From Octopus vulgaris (Eukaryota): a stretch of 64,000 bases of DNA. How positions within the stretch are numbered: position 1 is the stretch's first letter; every line of letters starts with the position of its first letter. The notes below the pieces were generated by a model, which saw only the letters and a list, made by a program, of their open reading frames with translations, searched no databases and was not told where the DNA came from. Shown here one piece after another: positions 1 through 13,395 of this stretch. Where the stretch lies: NCBI GenBank assembly GCA_951406725.2, contig OX597827.1, positions 57,040,001 to 57,104,000 of the forward strand, given 5' to 3'. The translations under genes and the position numbers were made by a program.

Positions 1-57
1 GCTTTGTATATTTTACCCCAGTGTTGCTTTGATGGCATGCACTGCTCTCTCTCTCTC

Positions 58-132
<75 letters not shown>

Positions 133-145
133 AATATAATAATTA
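1..145 (+). mobile_element. 3' end of interspersed retroelement with (AAT)n/(GAT)n tail
   Basis: 1-58 (GCTTTGTATATTTTACCCCAGTG..) matches the reverse complement of the end of the element at ~41460-41910; followed by (AAT)n(GAT)n. Confidence 0.55.
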
Positions 146-959
146 TTTTATTCATTTTTAATATCTAATTGCTACACCATCAGAAAGCAGCTGAATAAGT
201 AAGACTTCTTAACAGTTAGACAGCTACCTCTTGCTCTCTTCTTTTTCTTTAGTACATCCTCTAATCTTATTATTTATTTCAACATTTTCTCTGAATGGCT
301 TATTCATTATTGTTTTATCATGAGACATCTTTAGCTTTCAAAATAGTCAAACCCCTGTTTAGCTTATTTTACCTACTGTGTTTACCAGCAACCGACCTAG
401 TCACCAACGATATCAACGATTCATCTACTAATTATGGAATAGTTTCTAGGTTTTCCAAAATATTCTCCTGTATAGAGAAATCTACTTGAGATTGAAATTC
501 TCGAAGGAGAGACATACAAATTCAATTCCAGTTCTTTATTAACTCTGTAAATCTGCATGTTATTTCGTAAACAGATAAGATCTCATAGGAATGATGTTAT
601 ATCTATTTTCACTTGCTGGTTACTGGTGTTGGATTTCTCATAGAATATAGGACAGTCTTGAAGCCCTATGAAAGAAAGTAATAAGTTCTGTTAATCAAGA
701 TAAGTAACTTGCTAGGAACTTTTGTCTCTTCCCTGTGGAACCAAATAAAAGAACTTCTAGGAGTTTGTCTAGATAGAAATGGAACATTATCTGACTTTCA
801 AACTATTAATTCTTCCAACCTGTTATGTATTACATTCATTTCCAATAACTTTTATATTGAACTGTAATGATCTGAGGGATGGTGATAGAAAAAGTTCAAA
901 ATTATTCTTAAAATGTTTGAAATTCTGAAAAATGATCTTTATGAGTATACTGATTCTGA

Positions 960-1135
960 ATTTTGGCACAAGGCCTACAATTCTGGGGAAAGGAGTACGT
1001 CAATTACGTTGATCCGCCATTGTTCAACTGGTACTTAATTTATTGACCCCAAAAGGATGAAAACAAAGTCAACCTGAGTGGAATTTAAACTCAAAACATA
1101 TAGACAGCTGAAATGCCACTAAACGTTTTTGCCTT
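960..1135 (-). mobile_element. SINE family C (Meta-domain-like) copy
   Basis: ACTGGTACTTAATTT..GACCCCAAAAGGATGAAA..AAAGTC motif shared with many copies in the window. Confidence 0.65.
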
Positions 1136-1139
1136 GCAC

Positions 1140-1950
1140 TCTTTTGCTTCTTTCAATCATTTGATTGTGGCCATGCTAAGACATCACCTTTAAGGGATTT
1201 TTAGTTGAAGAAATCAATTCCAGGACTTGTTCTTTGTACTCCTGGTATTTATTCTATCAGTCCCTTTTGCTGAACCACTAAGATACGGGGTTGTAAACAC
1301 ACCAACATCAGTTACCAAGTGATGGTGGGGGTACAAACAAGGACACAAAGACACACACATACATATATGGTGGAAGCACTCCGTCGGTTACGACGATGAG
1401 GGTTCCGGTTGATCCGAATCAACGGAACAGCCTGCTCGTGAAATTAACGTGTTAGTGGCTGAGCACTCCACAGACACGTGTACCCTTAACGTAGTTCTCG
1501 GGGATATTCAGCGTGACACAGAGAGTGACAAGGCCGGCCATTTGAAATAAAGGTACAACAGGAACAGGAAGTAAGAGTGAGAGAAAGTTGTGGTGAAAGA
1601 GTACAGCAGGGATCACCACCATCCCCTGCCGGAGCCTTGTGGAGCTTTAGGTATTTTCGCTCAATAAACACTCACAACGCCCGGTCTGGGAATCGAAACC
1701 GTGATCCTACGACTGCGAGTCCGCTGCCCTAACCACTGGGCCATACATATATATATATACACACTCCATACATATATATATATACACACACAACAGGTTT
1801 CTTTCAGTTTCCATCTGCCAAATCCACTCACATGCCTTTGGTTGACCCAAGGCTATTGTAGAAGACACTCACCCAAGGTGCTACACAGTGGGACTGAACC
1901 TGGAACCCTGTGGTTGGGAAGCAAGCTTCTTACATAGCTACGCCTGTGCC
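1140..1950 (-). mobile_element. SINE family A copy interrupted by a family B SINE
   Basis: 3' half at 1140-1365 and 5' half at 1770-1950 match the family A consensus in reverse. Confidence 0.7.
1371..1744 (-). mobile_element. tRNA-derived SINE family B
   Basis: Near-identical to the reverse complement of 61363-61755; head ATGGCCCAGTGGTTAGGG (A box) and GGTTTCGATTCC (B box). Confidence 0.85.
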
Positions 1951-2119
1951 AACTAATTATTCTTCCAGCTAACTGCTTTGACCTTGATGATTATATTGAT
2001 TATATTACAAGCTATGTGTTACACTCTTTATGTTTTCTCAAGAAAATTCCAAGACTTTAACCCTTTTGACACCAACCACTTGAAATCAATCCTGAGTCTA
2101 TGATACAAACTCCGTTTAA

Positions 2120-2974
2120 CCTGTTAGCATCCAAATTACTTTGTCAAACGTACTACTGACACTCTGACGGTTACGACGATGAGGGTTCCAGCTGATCCAA
2201 TCAATGGAACAGCCTGTTCATGAAATTAATATGCATGTGGCTGAGCACTCCACAGACATGTACACTTCATATAGTTCTCAGGGAGATTCAGCATGACACA
2301 TAGTATGACAAGGCTGGCCCTTTGAAATACAGATACTACTCATTCTTGCTGGCTGAGTGGAATGGAGCAACATGAAATAAAGTGTCTTGCTCAAGGAAAC
2401 AATGCATCACCAGGAACTGAACTCATGACCTTATGATCATGAGCCAAACACCCTAACCACTAAACCACACGCTTTCTCTGTCAAATGTAATGCTTATCTA
2501 TTCACATTGTTTTGAAGTGGAGGTGCAATGGCCCAGTGGTTAGGGCAGCGGACTCGCGGTCGAAGGATTGCGGTTTCAATTCCCAGACCGGGCGTTGTGA
2601 GTGTTTATTGAGTGAAAACACCTAAAGCTCCACGAGGCTCCGACAGGGGGTGGTGGCGATCCCTGCTGTACTCTTTCACCACAACTTTCTTTCACTCTTT
2701 CTTCTGTTGGCCTGCTCGCTTAGCCAGCAGGGTGGCGTCATTTGAAGACTAAAACAATGTGAAGCACACTGTGACCAGCGATATGTCGCAACATCTGATA
2801 GCCTGTTCGGTCACGGTGATCACGATGATTTTGTAGCTTTGCTAGTTTGGCAATGTGATTGTTTCATTTTACTATGATATTGTAGTGAAGGTAAGAGAGG
2901 CCAAATCTGACCAGTTTGGACATAAAACAGTTAAAATATTTGAGCCAAATATGGTTGGTTTAAATGCTAAAGGG
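2120..2974. mobile_element. piggyBac-type MITE relic with two nested SINEs (2160-2470 minus, 2518-2825 plus)
   Basis: TTAA|CCTGTTAGCAT ... ATGCTAAAGGG|TTAA termini. Confidence 0.5.
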
Positions 2975-3083
2975 TTAAAAGTGATCTTAATTAAAACCTG
3001 TCTAGATTTTATAATAATGATATTTTAAAAAATTCTTTATTATTTTCAAACTTAACTGAAACAAAAACTGTGTTTCAACAGAA

Positions 3084-3572
3084 GTGGCTGTGTGGTAAGA
3101 AGCTTGCTTCCCAACCACATGGTTCTGGGTTCAGTCCCCACTGCATGGCACCTTGGGCAAGTGTCTTCTACTATAGCCTCAAGCCAACCAAAGCCTTGTG
3201 AGTGGATTTGGTAGACGGAAACTGAAAGAAACCCATCGTATATATGTGTGTGTGTCTGTGTGGTAAGAAGCTTGCTTCCCAACCACATGGTTCCAGGTTC
3301 AGTCCCACTGCATGGCACCTTGGGCAAGTGTCTTCTACTATAGCCTCAAGCCAACCAAAGCCTTGTGAGTGGATTTGGTAGACGGAAACTGAAAGAAACC
3401 CATCGTATATATGTGTGTGTGTCTGTGTGGTAAGAAGCTTGCTTCCCAACCACATGGTTCCAGGTTCAGTTCTATTGTGTGGCACCTTGGGTTAATGTCT
3501 TCTACTATAGCCTTAAGCTAACCAAAGCCTTGTGAGTGGATTTGGTAGACGGAAACTGAAAGAAACCCATCG

Positions 3573-3605
<33 letters not shown>

Positions 3606-3800
3606 CTGCGTTTGTCCTCCTACCATCGCCTGACAACTGATGCTGGTGTGTTTACATCCCTGTAACTTAGCAGTTCGGCAAAAGAAGCTGATAGAATAAA
3701 GACTAGGTTTACAAATATTAAGTCTTGGGGTCGATTTGTTCGACTAAAGGTGGTGCTCCAGTATGGCTGCAGTCAAATGGCTGAAACAAAAGAATAAAAT
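3084..3800 (+). mobile_element. SINE family A with triplicated ~168-bp 5' head
   Basis: CTGTGTGGTAAGAAGCTTGCTTCCCAACC restarts at ~3088, 3256 and 3424; single 3' half follows. Confidence 0.85.
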
Positions 3801-3854
3801 GGGTGAAAAGAGTAAACTTTCATATATGTGTGTGTGTGCATGCGCACGCATGTG

Positions 3855-3897
<43 letters not shown>

Positions 3898-4239
3898 TGT
3901 GTGATGGATGTATAGGTGTATGTGTGAGTGTGTGTATGTATGCATGTGTGTGTATGTATGCATGTGTGTGTATGCACATGTGCTAAATTTGCTATGGGTA
4001 ACAGAACAGAAAAGTAAATAAATAGATAAATAAATAAGACCGTCTTGGCATTAAAATATTTGGCCATTGTGGCTATATTTAGGAATACATAGGAGTGGAA
4101 AGAAATGGAAATTTGAGCTTAGAAACATTTGACTTCACAGATGAGATGACACATGATTAACTTTGCCAAATTTAAAGCATGGCTAACTCTCACTTAAACT
4201 TTCAGTAATTAACATTCAGAAGAGCTCCATCCAAATATG

Positions 4240-4742
4240 GATGATAGCAATGGTAGCTACGTATGAATTAGACAGTTGTGGTGATGGTAGCTATATCTAA
4301 TATTAAATGGTAGTGGTGGTGGTGGTAGTTACATTTAATTTTAGGTAGTGGTTGTGGTGGTAGCTACATATAGTTTTAGATGGTGGTCATAGCAGCAACA
4401 TCTAAATTAGATGGTAGAAGTGGTAGTAGCTACATCTTTAGATAGTTGTGGTGGAGGATACATCTTTAGGGGGGTTGTGATGACCACTACATCTAGTTTT
4501 CGATGGAAGTGGTGGTAGCTACATAAAATTTTAGATAGTAGAAGTGGTAGCTACATCTTTAGATGGTTGAGGTGGCATCTACATCTTTTGATGGTACTGG
4601 CAGTGGTAGCAACATCTTAGATAGTAGTAGTAGTAGTAGTAGTAGTTGTTGTAGTAGTAGTAGTAGTAGTAGTAGTAGTTGTTGTAGTAGTTGTAGTGGT
4701 AGTAATTGTAGTAGTAGTTGTAGTAGTAGTAGTAGTAGTAGT
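4240..4742. repeat. Degenerate ~28-30 bp minisatellite grading into (GTA)n
   Basis: Repeated GGTGGTAGCTACATCT..AGAT units followed by a GTA triplet run. Confidence 0.75.
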
Positions 4743-6017
4743 TTTATCTAATTTTGAAAGTTGGTTGGTATTTTTGCATAACCCAATATCAGTTGTGATC
4801 ATAGAAGGGAATGGTTTTGTGTGTTTCAGCCATGACCCTCTTTTTTTAGGGTCAGACAAAATATATTTATGACTCCTTCAATCATGAACATTACCCTCCG
4901 AGTCACAAATCCAAGCATACATATCAGCCTCCCCTCTACATGCCGCCAGTGTTATCCAAGGGAAAGGCAAAGGTCAATACAGATTGGCATCAGTGACATC
5001 ACAACTCGTTTCTACAGCCGAGTGAACTGGAGCAAAGTGAAATAAAGTGTCTCGCTCAAGGACACAACATACAGACTGGTCCAGGAGTCAAACTCACTGC
5101 CTCATGTTTGTGAGTCTGATGCTGTAACCACTCCTTCCTTTGAAGATAGTAGTGTGTGCTTCCAGGTAGATTTGATTCTCTATTACAAAGAATTTTGATA
5201 ATCTCATAGTGGCTTCCTTCATCATTTAACTGTGCATCCATTCTGATTGAGCAGACCTACAGTCAAAGGCACCCCAGCCTTTACCATGTGGAGGCGTATG
5301 GCTTAGTGGTTAGGGTTTTGAACTCATGGTTGTAAGATTTATCATTCCTCATCGTTTAATGTCTGCCTTCCGTGCTAGCATGGGTTGGATGATTTGACTG
5401 TGGTCTGGCGAACCAGATGGCTGCACCAGACTCCAATCTGATCTGGCAGAGTTTCTACTGCTGAATGCCCTTTCTAATGCCAACCACTCCGAGAGTGTAG
5501 TGCATGCTTTTACATGCCACTGGCACGAGGGCCAGTCAGGCAGTAGAGGGCCAGTCAGGCGGTAGAGGGCCAGTCAGGTGGTGTGGTTTAGATTCTTGGA
5601 CTGGGTGATATGTTGTGTTCATGAGCAAAACACTTTATTTCATGTTGCTCCTGTCCACTCAGCTGTCAAAAATGAGTAATTCTGCGATGGACTGGCATCC
5701 CATCCAGGTGGGGAATATATACGCCATAAAATCAGGAAACCAGCCTTTATGATTCAGTATGACTCAAAAAGGTAACTTTACATTTACTTAGTATTTACGA
5801 TCATTATTTTTATTCAGCCACAATCTGAATATCCGTGTGTCTATTTCCAAAATGCTGTAAACATGAATTTGAGGAAGGTTTGGTTGCAATTTCTAGCAGG
5901 TTGAACAAGGCTTCTTTGCTTTTAGTTACATATTACTTTTGATGGTAGCTTTCAAAGCAAAAGAAATGAATTTCTCTATTGCTTGTGTCGTGTTATTTTA
6001 AAGAAATTACCCAGGTA

Positions 6018-6167
6018 TGGCTGTGTGGGAAGAAGTTTGCTTCCCAACCACATGGTTCTGGGTTCAGTCCCACTGCATGGCACCTTGGGCTCGTGTCTTC
6101 TGCTATAGCTTTGGTCTGACCAAAGCCTTGTGAGCAGATTTGGTAGATAGAAGCTGAAAGAAGTCTG

Positions 6168-6205
<38 letters not shown>

Positions 6206-6470
6206 ATGTGTGTAAGTGTGTGCATGCATGTGCACATAAGTGTACGTCTGTGTCTTTGGGTCAGTGTTTGTCCCCTACTACTGCTTGACAACTGGTGTTA
6301 GTGTGTTTACATCCCCATAACTTAGCAGTTCAGCAAAAGACACTGATACAATAAATGCCAAGCTTAAAAAGAATACGTACTCAGATTGATTCATTTGACT
6401 AAAATTTCTCAAGGCAGTGTCCCAGCATGGCTGTTGTCTAATGACTAATGACTGAAACAAGTTAAAGGCA
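6018..6470 (+). mobile_element. SINE family A
   Basis: Full head, internal (TG)n, 3' GACTGAAACAAG end. Confidence 0.8.
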
Positions 6471-6542
6471 AAAGATATATGACAAAAGATAACCAGTTTG
6501 TGCAAGTTGTGTCTCATTGCTCTCTTTTGATGTTTCATACAG

Positions 6543-6765
6543 ATTGGGAAAATAAAAGATGGTGTTTTGGTGCATGGACTCTTCATGGATGGATTTGGTT
6601 GGGACATTAATAACATGATGTTAGCAGATTCCAAGCCAGGTGAAATGACTGCTTCATTACCAATGATGCACCTGGAGCCTTCGCCTAATGTTGAAATTTT
6701 AGAGTCAGACTATACCAGTCCATTGTATAAAACTGCTCAACGTGCAGGAGTGCTATCCACAACAG
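6543..6765 (+). CDS. DNAH6: Axonemal dynein heavy chain (DNAH6-like), penultimate coding exon, C-terminal domain
   Basis: tttcatacag acceptor and ACAG|gtgag donor; encodes IGKIKDGVLVHGLFMDGFGWD...PLYKTAQRAGVLSTT(G), matching the dynein C-terminal DGVxVHGxF...PLYKT..RAGxLSTTG motif. Confidence 0.9.
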
Positions 6766-6799
6766 GTGAGTCTAAAATATTTGCTTATAATTCTTCTTA

Positions 6800-7240
6800 A
6801 TGCATATCATCATCATCATCATTTAACTGTACATCCATTGGATGGTTTTGACTGAGGGCTGGCAACCAGATGGCTGCACCAGGCTCCAGTCTTGATCTGG
6901 CAGAGTTTCTACAGCTGGATGCCCTTCCTAACGCCAACCACTCTGAGAGTGTAGTGGGTGCTTTTTACATGCCACCTGCAGGGGAGCCAGTCAGGTGGTA
7001 CTGGCAATGACCTCGCTCGAATCTTTTTACACGTGCCGTCGACACAGGTGCCAGTGAAGCAACGTTGGTAACGATCACGCTCGAATGGTGCCCTTTTACA
7101 TGCCACGGGTACGGAAGCCAGTTGGCTGTTCTGGCAACAATCACAACGACCACACTCGGATGGTGTTCTTGGCACCCTACTAGCACAGGCATAAGTGCCA
7201 GTAAGGCGACGCTGGTAACAATCATACTTGAATAGCCGCT
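6800..7240 (-). mobile_element. RTE-type LINE 3' UTR / derived SINE (other copies 5340-5580, 7830-8160, 9930-10070, 10405-10790)
   Basis: GGCGTTAGGAAGGGCATCCAGCTGTAGAAAC motif and (GAT)n tail on minus; internal GGTGCTTTTTAC repeats. Confidence 0.65.
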
Positions 7241-7319
7241 CTGTCAATGTATGACCATGATATAATGTTACAACCTTTCTTTTATCTCTGAAATCATCAC
7301 CTTTATCTTATTCTTGATT

Positions 7320-7815
7320 GCCCACAAGGGGCTAAACATAGAGGGGACAAACAAGGACAGACAAAGGAATTGAGTCGATTACATCGACCCCCAGTGCACA
7401 ACTGGTACTTATTTTATCGACCCTGAAAGTCGACCTCAGCGGAATTTGAACTCAGAACGTAACGGCCAAAGGAATTGAGTCGATTACATCGACCCCAGTG
7501 TGCAACTGGTACTTATTTTATCGACCCGAAAGGATGAAAGGCAAAGTCGACCATGGCAGAATTTGAACTCAGAACGTAACGGCCGAGGAAATACCTATTT
7601 CTTTACTAACCACAAGGGGCTAAACATAGAGGGGACAAACAAGGACAGACAAAGGAACTGAGTCACTTACATCGACTCCCAGTGCGCAACTGGTACTTAT
7701 TTTATCGACCCTGAAAGTCGACCTCAGCGGAATTTGAACTCAGAACGTAACGGCCAAGGAAATATCGCTAAGCATCTCGCCCAGCGTGCTAACATTTCTG
7801 CCAGCTCACCACCTT
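7320..7815 (-). mobile_element. Tandemly reiterated SINE family C
   Basis: Three restarts of GAGTCGATTACATCGACCCC..ACTGGTACTT..GAACTCAGAACGTAACGG. Confidence 0.75.
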
Positions 7816-8284
7816 CATCACCATTATCATTATCATTATCATCATCATCATCATTGTTTAATGTCCCCTTTCCATGCTGGCATGGATTGGATGATTTGAC
7901 ATAGAGCTGGCTGGCAGGGAGCTGTTTGGATTCCAACTGTCTGTTGTGGCATGATTTTTATGGATGATGCCCTTCCTAATGCCAACCACTTAACAATGTG
8001 CTGGGTGCTTTTTACATGCCACAAGCACAGGTGCAACTATGCAGCTCTGATATTGGTGCATTAATGAGGCAACGGCATGGGTGCATTAATGCAGTATTGT
8101 CATGGGTGCTTTTTAAGTGGCGCCAGCACCTGAAAGGGCATACCTGTATGTGTGGCTATGATTTTTTGTAATTATTTTCATTTGTGGTTACCATGTGTTT
8201 TATTAGTCTTTTATTAGTCTTTTATTAGTTTCTCCTTTTATTATATTTTACAGAGAGAGAGAGAGAAAGAAAGAGAACGAGAGA

Positions 8285-8333
<49 letters not shown>

Positions 8334-9028
8334 TCAATCTCTAACGCAGTGCTTCTTGACATTTTTCATCTACATCTTTCATTTACTTGTAATTTACTTG
8401 GTTGCTCACTCAGCTGTAGAAATGAGTTGTGACATCACTGGTGCCAAGCTGTATCGGCGTTTGCCTTTCTCTTGGATAACACTGGTGGCATGGAGAGGGG
8501 AGGCCGGTATGCATGGGTGACTGCAGGTCTTCCATAAACAACCTTGCCCGGACTTGTGCCTGGGAGGGTAACTTTTTAGGTGCAATCCCATGGTCATTCA
8601 TGACCGAAGGGGGTCTCTCACTTGGATAGACCCTCCTAGCCATTCGATGTTTAAAAAAAGTTCCTATTATATTTTCATAATTAAATATTACGAGGTGGTA
8701 TCATAAAGTTCCTGGACTAGTTCTGTAGTGTGCCAACAGATGGCAGCACATGGGTGCGTGCACAGTGATAGCTAGCAGTGCCGAATAACATCACTGTCTT
8801 TACTTCACAAGCAATGTGGCAATGGGTCATATGCAATGTTTTCAATGACATGGGTGCTTCAAAAGTGGAAGATGATGAGTGATCTGGAAGGCCTGTCATG
8901 AGCATCACTCCCTGGAAATGTGGTATTTTGCATTGAAAATTCATCTCCCTCAGCCAGACTGTCAATCAAGTGTTCTACTATGATGTTTTGAAGCATTTGG
9001 GGGAGGGCATTTGGCAAAAGTGACCAGG

Positions 9029-9745
9029 AGTGGCTGTGTTGTAAGTAGCTTGCTTACCAACCACATGGTTCCGGGTTCAGTCCCACTGCATGGCACCTTG
9101 AGCAAGTGTCTTCTACTATAGCCTCAGGCTGACCAAAGCCTTGTGAGTGGATTTGGTAGACGGAAACTGAAAGAAGCCTGTCGTATATATGTATATGTAT
9201 ATATGTATGTGTGTGTACATGTTTGTGTGTTTGTGTTTGTACCCCCTCTCGTGGAAGCACCATCCAACCAAAATGCAAATATATGGGAAACTACCACCTG
9301 TGTCGTCTCTTGTGAAAGGTAGGAGAGTCCAGTTTGCTGTACATTGTTGTAGAGCTGAAAAAGAAGTAATTTCTACTCTTCTCCTCTGGAAGCCATCTAC
9401 TCGCAATACCAGAGGGCGCACACTCTCCTACCCTGATGTAATCTCCAGGGATACAGGCATCCAGCAACAGGACCTCCGTAATGCTATGATGGACCGTGAA
9501 GTCTGGTGTAACATAGTAAATTCCATTGTCTCGACCACGGTTGAACAATAATAATAATAATTGTACTCCCAACATCGCTTGACAACCGATGTTGGTGTGT
9601 TTATGTCTCCATAACTTAGCAGTTCGGTAAAAGAGACCTATAGAATAAGTACTAGGCTTACAAAGATTAAGTCCTGGCGTCGATTTGTTCGACTAAAGGT
9701 GGTGCTCCAGCATGGCCACAGTCAAATGACTGCAACAAGTAAGAG
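9029..9745 (+). mobile_element. SINE family A nested in mariner
   Basis: Consensus head at 9029 and tail at ~9745, split by a LINE fragment. Confidence 0.8.
9244..9560 (+). mobile_element. RTE/RTE-X LINE 3' fragment nested in SINE
   Basis: SWKHHPTKMQIYG..RRVQFAVHCCR..LLWKP..RGR..AMMDREVW C-terminus, stop, (TAA)n tail, possible TTGTAC duplication. Confidence 0.8.
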
Positions 9746-10788
9746 ACCTGTTGACCGTGAAGAATTGGACTCTTAATGATGACAATGCACTCTGTCACTG
9801 AGCTGTCCCCACTTGTGAGTTTCTCACCCAAAACAGTACTTCCACATCCACCATATTTGCTAGATTTAGCACCTGCAGACTTCCATCTCTTCCCCCAAGA
9901 TGAAAATGCAGCTCAAACATAGCACATAAAAAGCACCCAGCACATTCTGTACAGTTGTTGGCATCAGAAAGGGCATCCAGCCGTAGAAACCATGCCAAAA
10001 CAGACAGGGAGCCCTGGCAGCTCTTCAGTTGGCCAGCTCCTGTCAAAATGGATGTTAAATGATGATGGTGATATATATAGATTCATTACAAATATAGGGT
10101 AAAGAATTATTAATTTAATAATTAATAAATTTTACCAAGTAGTTTCGGTATGGAAAAAAAACATTATTGGTAGAAACTTTTACAAAAAGTTTTTTTTATA
10201 TATAATTAAATATAATTTATTAAAATAATAAAGAAGAAAAAAATAACGAAATCTTTTGCTTATGTGAGTTACAAATATTGTTATCAGTGGTGTCATATCG
10301 ATTGTGAAAAGGAATTAGCTGTCTTTGGTTGCTATTTCTAAATTTTCAGTGTGGTGAAGCAACTTGTTGCTAAACCCTTAATTATATTTAATTATATATA
10401 TATCATCATCATCATCATCATCGTTTAACGTCCGTTCTCCATGCTAGCATGGGTTGGACGGTTCGACCGGGGATCTGGGAAGCCAGAAGGCTGCACCAGG
10501 CTCCAGTCTTATCTGGCAATGTTTCTACAGCTGGATGCCCTTCCTAACGCCAACCACTCCGTGAGTGTAGTGGGTGCTTTTTACGTGCCACCTGCACAGG
10601 TGCCAGGCGAGGCTGGCAACGGCCACGGTCGGATTGGTGTATTTTATGTGCCACCGGCACGGAAGCCAGTGTCGAGGCGGTGCTGGCATCGGCCACGAGT
10701 CGGATTGTGCTTTTTACGTACCACCAGACCAGGGATCCTGGCTGGTTCAATTCGATTTCGATTTCGCTTGCCCCAACATGTCTTCGCA

Positions 10789-10870
<82 letters not shown>

Positions 10871-10958
10871 CATTCAGTTAGTTTACATATATATATATAT
10901 ATATGTAAACTAACTGAATGAAATATTTTTTAACGTAAGATTTGTTTTGTTTCATTAG

Positions 10959-11062
10959 GTCATTCAACCAATTTTGTGTTTGCTGTTCAATTGCCGTCAA
11001 ATCAACCACAGGATTATTGGATTGCCAAAGGAGCTGCACTAATATGCCAACTTTCAGATTAA
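10959..11062 (+). CDS. DNAH6: Axonemal dynein heavy chain (DNAH6-like), last coding exon
   Basis: ttcattag acceptor; phase-1 match completes [34 protein letters not shown]. Confidence 0.9.
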
Positions 11063-11177
11063 TTCACTGTTGTATAAAAAACAAAAAAAAATATAACCAA
11101 CAAAATCATACAAAAAATACATTGATCTTTTAAATAAGAACCTAATTGTTTTTCACACTTTGCTCTTTTTTTACTTC

Positions 11178-11183
11178 AATAAA
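11178..11183 (+). terminator. Candidate polyadenylation signal of the dynein gene
   Basis: AATAAA ~115 bp after the stop codon. Confidence 0.4.
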
Positions 11184-11750
11184 ATTCTTTCTATATCTAT
11201 TGTGTATCTCAACATTGTCTTGGATTCATTTCAGCTGGGAAGGTCTGATTGCTATCATTGTTTTGGCTTAATTTATCCCAAATTAAGTAGATCTCTGTTC
11301 AAAAATATTTCAGTTCTAACCTTAATATTTTCCAGTGAGTCCTTGCTTTTTAGGCAACAGGATATGATTGGAGAAAGCTTAGCTGCCTTTTCTAGCAGGC
11401 CAAACAAAATTCAGTTCTTTTATGTTTTATCTTGTATTTGTTTCAGTTGTTGCACTGTGGCCATAATAAACACAGAGAAGTCACACACACAGATACACGC
11501 ACATGCACACACAGATACACGCACATGCACATGCATACACATACATACTTGTGTGTTTCTGTGTGTGTATGTGTGTGTGGCTTCTGTGATGGCTTCTACA
11601 TAGTTTCCATCTGCCAAATTTGCTCACAAGGCATTGGTTGATCCAGAGTTATTAACCACACAGCGTGGAAGGTGTTTCTTAAATGTTAATTCTATGAGCA
11701 GGCTGTTCCATTGATCAAATCAACTGGAACAAAACAATCAAGTGCTATAT

Positions 11751-11799
<49 letters not shown>

Positions 11800-12167
11800 T
11801 ATACATACATACACACACATACATATGTATATCCATCTATCTATCTACCTCTATCTCTATATGTGTGTGTGTGTGCCTGTGTCTATGTACATATAGCACA
11901 TTGAGAATAAGTGTTCAACACTGCAGTGGTGGACAAAGATACTTTATATGAGTATTAAGGCTACCATTGGTTTCATGTTAAGGAGTGGTCTCAACAATTA
12001 TCAAGCCTATCACATGGAACACTGTTGTTCATCTCAGGCTGATAATTGTTGAGGTATCCATTAGCATAAAACCAATGGTAGCCTTGTATACAAATAAAGT
12101 ATCTCACACTCTCTCTCTTTCTTTATATATATATGTGTGTGTGTGTGTGTATATAATATATGTATGT

Positions 12168-12209
<42 letters not shown>

Positions 12210-12951
12210 CTCTGCTCAGCTTCACCACTGCTTGACAACTGATGTTGGTTTGTTCTCATACCCATAACTTAGTGGTTTGGCAATAGGCGCTGATAAAATA
12301 AATACCAGATTTAAAAACAAAAATAAGCACTAACATCAATTTGTTTGACTAAAACAATTTAACGCCAAAAGATAAATATATTTTCTAAAAATATCTATTT
12401 TCAAATATTTTTTTTATTTTTGTTTTATCTGTAATTTCTTGTTATCACCTTTAGTTTTCATCTTGTAAAAGAAAAATGCCATGGGCAAATATATTTGATG
12501 GTCCACAGTAAATTGATTGCATGTAATTACATCATAGTAAATCCATCACCTATAATTTCATTGCCCAGTAATTTCATTGCTTAATAATTACGTTGTGAGC
12601 TAATACATAGCTGGTGAATGCGTTGTATGCATTGTCATGCCAAATACACCATCATTAAATTCAACGCCATGCTTATAGTGAAAGTTTTTAATGATTATTT
12701 GGAAATGAAGACGGGGATATGATACTTCCATCATTCAATCCCTTTCAGTATATTTAAATACTTACAGACATTATTCCTGGAAATTCGAATGTACATATTT
12801 TGTTTGCTGGTTTAAATAGTTAGGAAAAATTTAGCTCATCAAAATGGCTGTCGATTGTGTTATAAGTGAAAGAACTGAGAGAAAAAAAATCAAGACAAAG
12901 CAAAAAAGAAATATTGATTGTAATAATTTGTCAGTAAAAGGAAAGTTGGTA

Positions 12952-13108
12952 TGGCTGTGTGGTAAGAAGCTTGCTTCCCAACCACATGGTTCTGGGTTGG
13001 TTCAGTCCCACAGTGTGGCATTTTGGGCAAGTGTCTTCTACTATAGCCTCGGGCTGACCAAAGCCTTGCTAGTGGATTTGGTAGACAGAAAATGAAAGAA
13101 GCCTGTCA

Positions 13109-13190
<82 letters not shown>

Positions 13191-13395
13191 TGTGTTTTTC
13201 TCTCCTTCATCACATGATAACTAATGCTGCTGTGTTTATGTCCCTGTAAAGTATCGGTTTGGCAAAAGGGATCAATAGAATAAGTACTAGGCTTAAAAAA
13301 TAAGCCCTAGGGTTGATTTGTTTGACTAAAATCCGTGAAGGTGGTGCTCCAGCATCACCAAGGTCAAATGACTGAAACAAGTAAAAGAATAAAAG
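12952..13395 (+). mobile_element. SINE family A
   Basis: Consensus match with internal (TA)n(TG)n. Confidence 0.8.

Larger units (their letters stand above)
8689..9920 (+). mobile_element. Decayed mariner transposon interrupted by a SINE
   Basis: TA|CGAGG start; remnants VEDDExSGRP, QTVN..FY, DDNA and HPPY..DLAPADFHLFPKMK. Confidence 0.8.

Noticed and set aside
3052-3485. Recurrent ORFs such as PRCHAVGLNPEPCGW
   Set aside because: Antisense translations of SINE family A
160-6500. Further upstream dynein exons
   Set aside because: No matching coding segment recognised; probably outside the window
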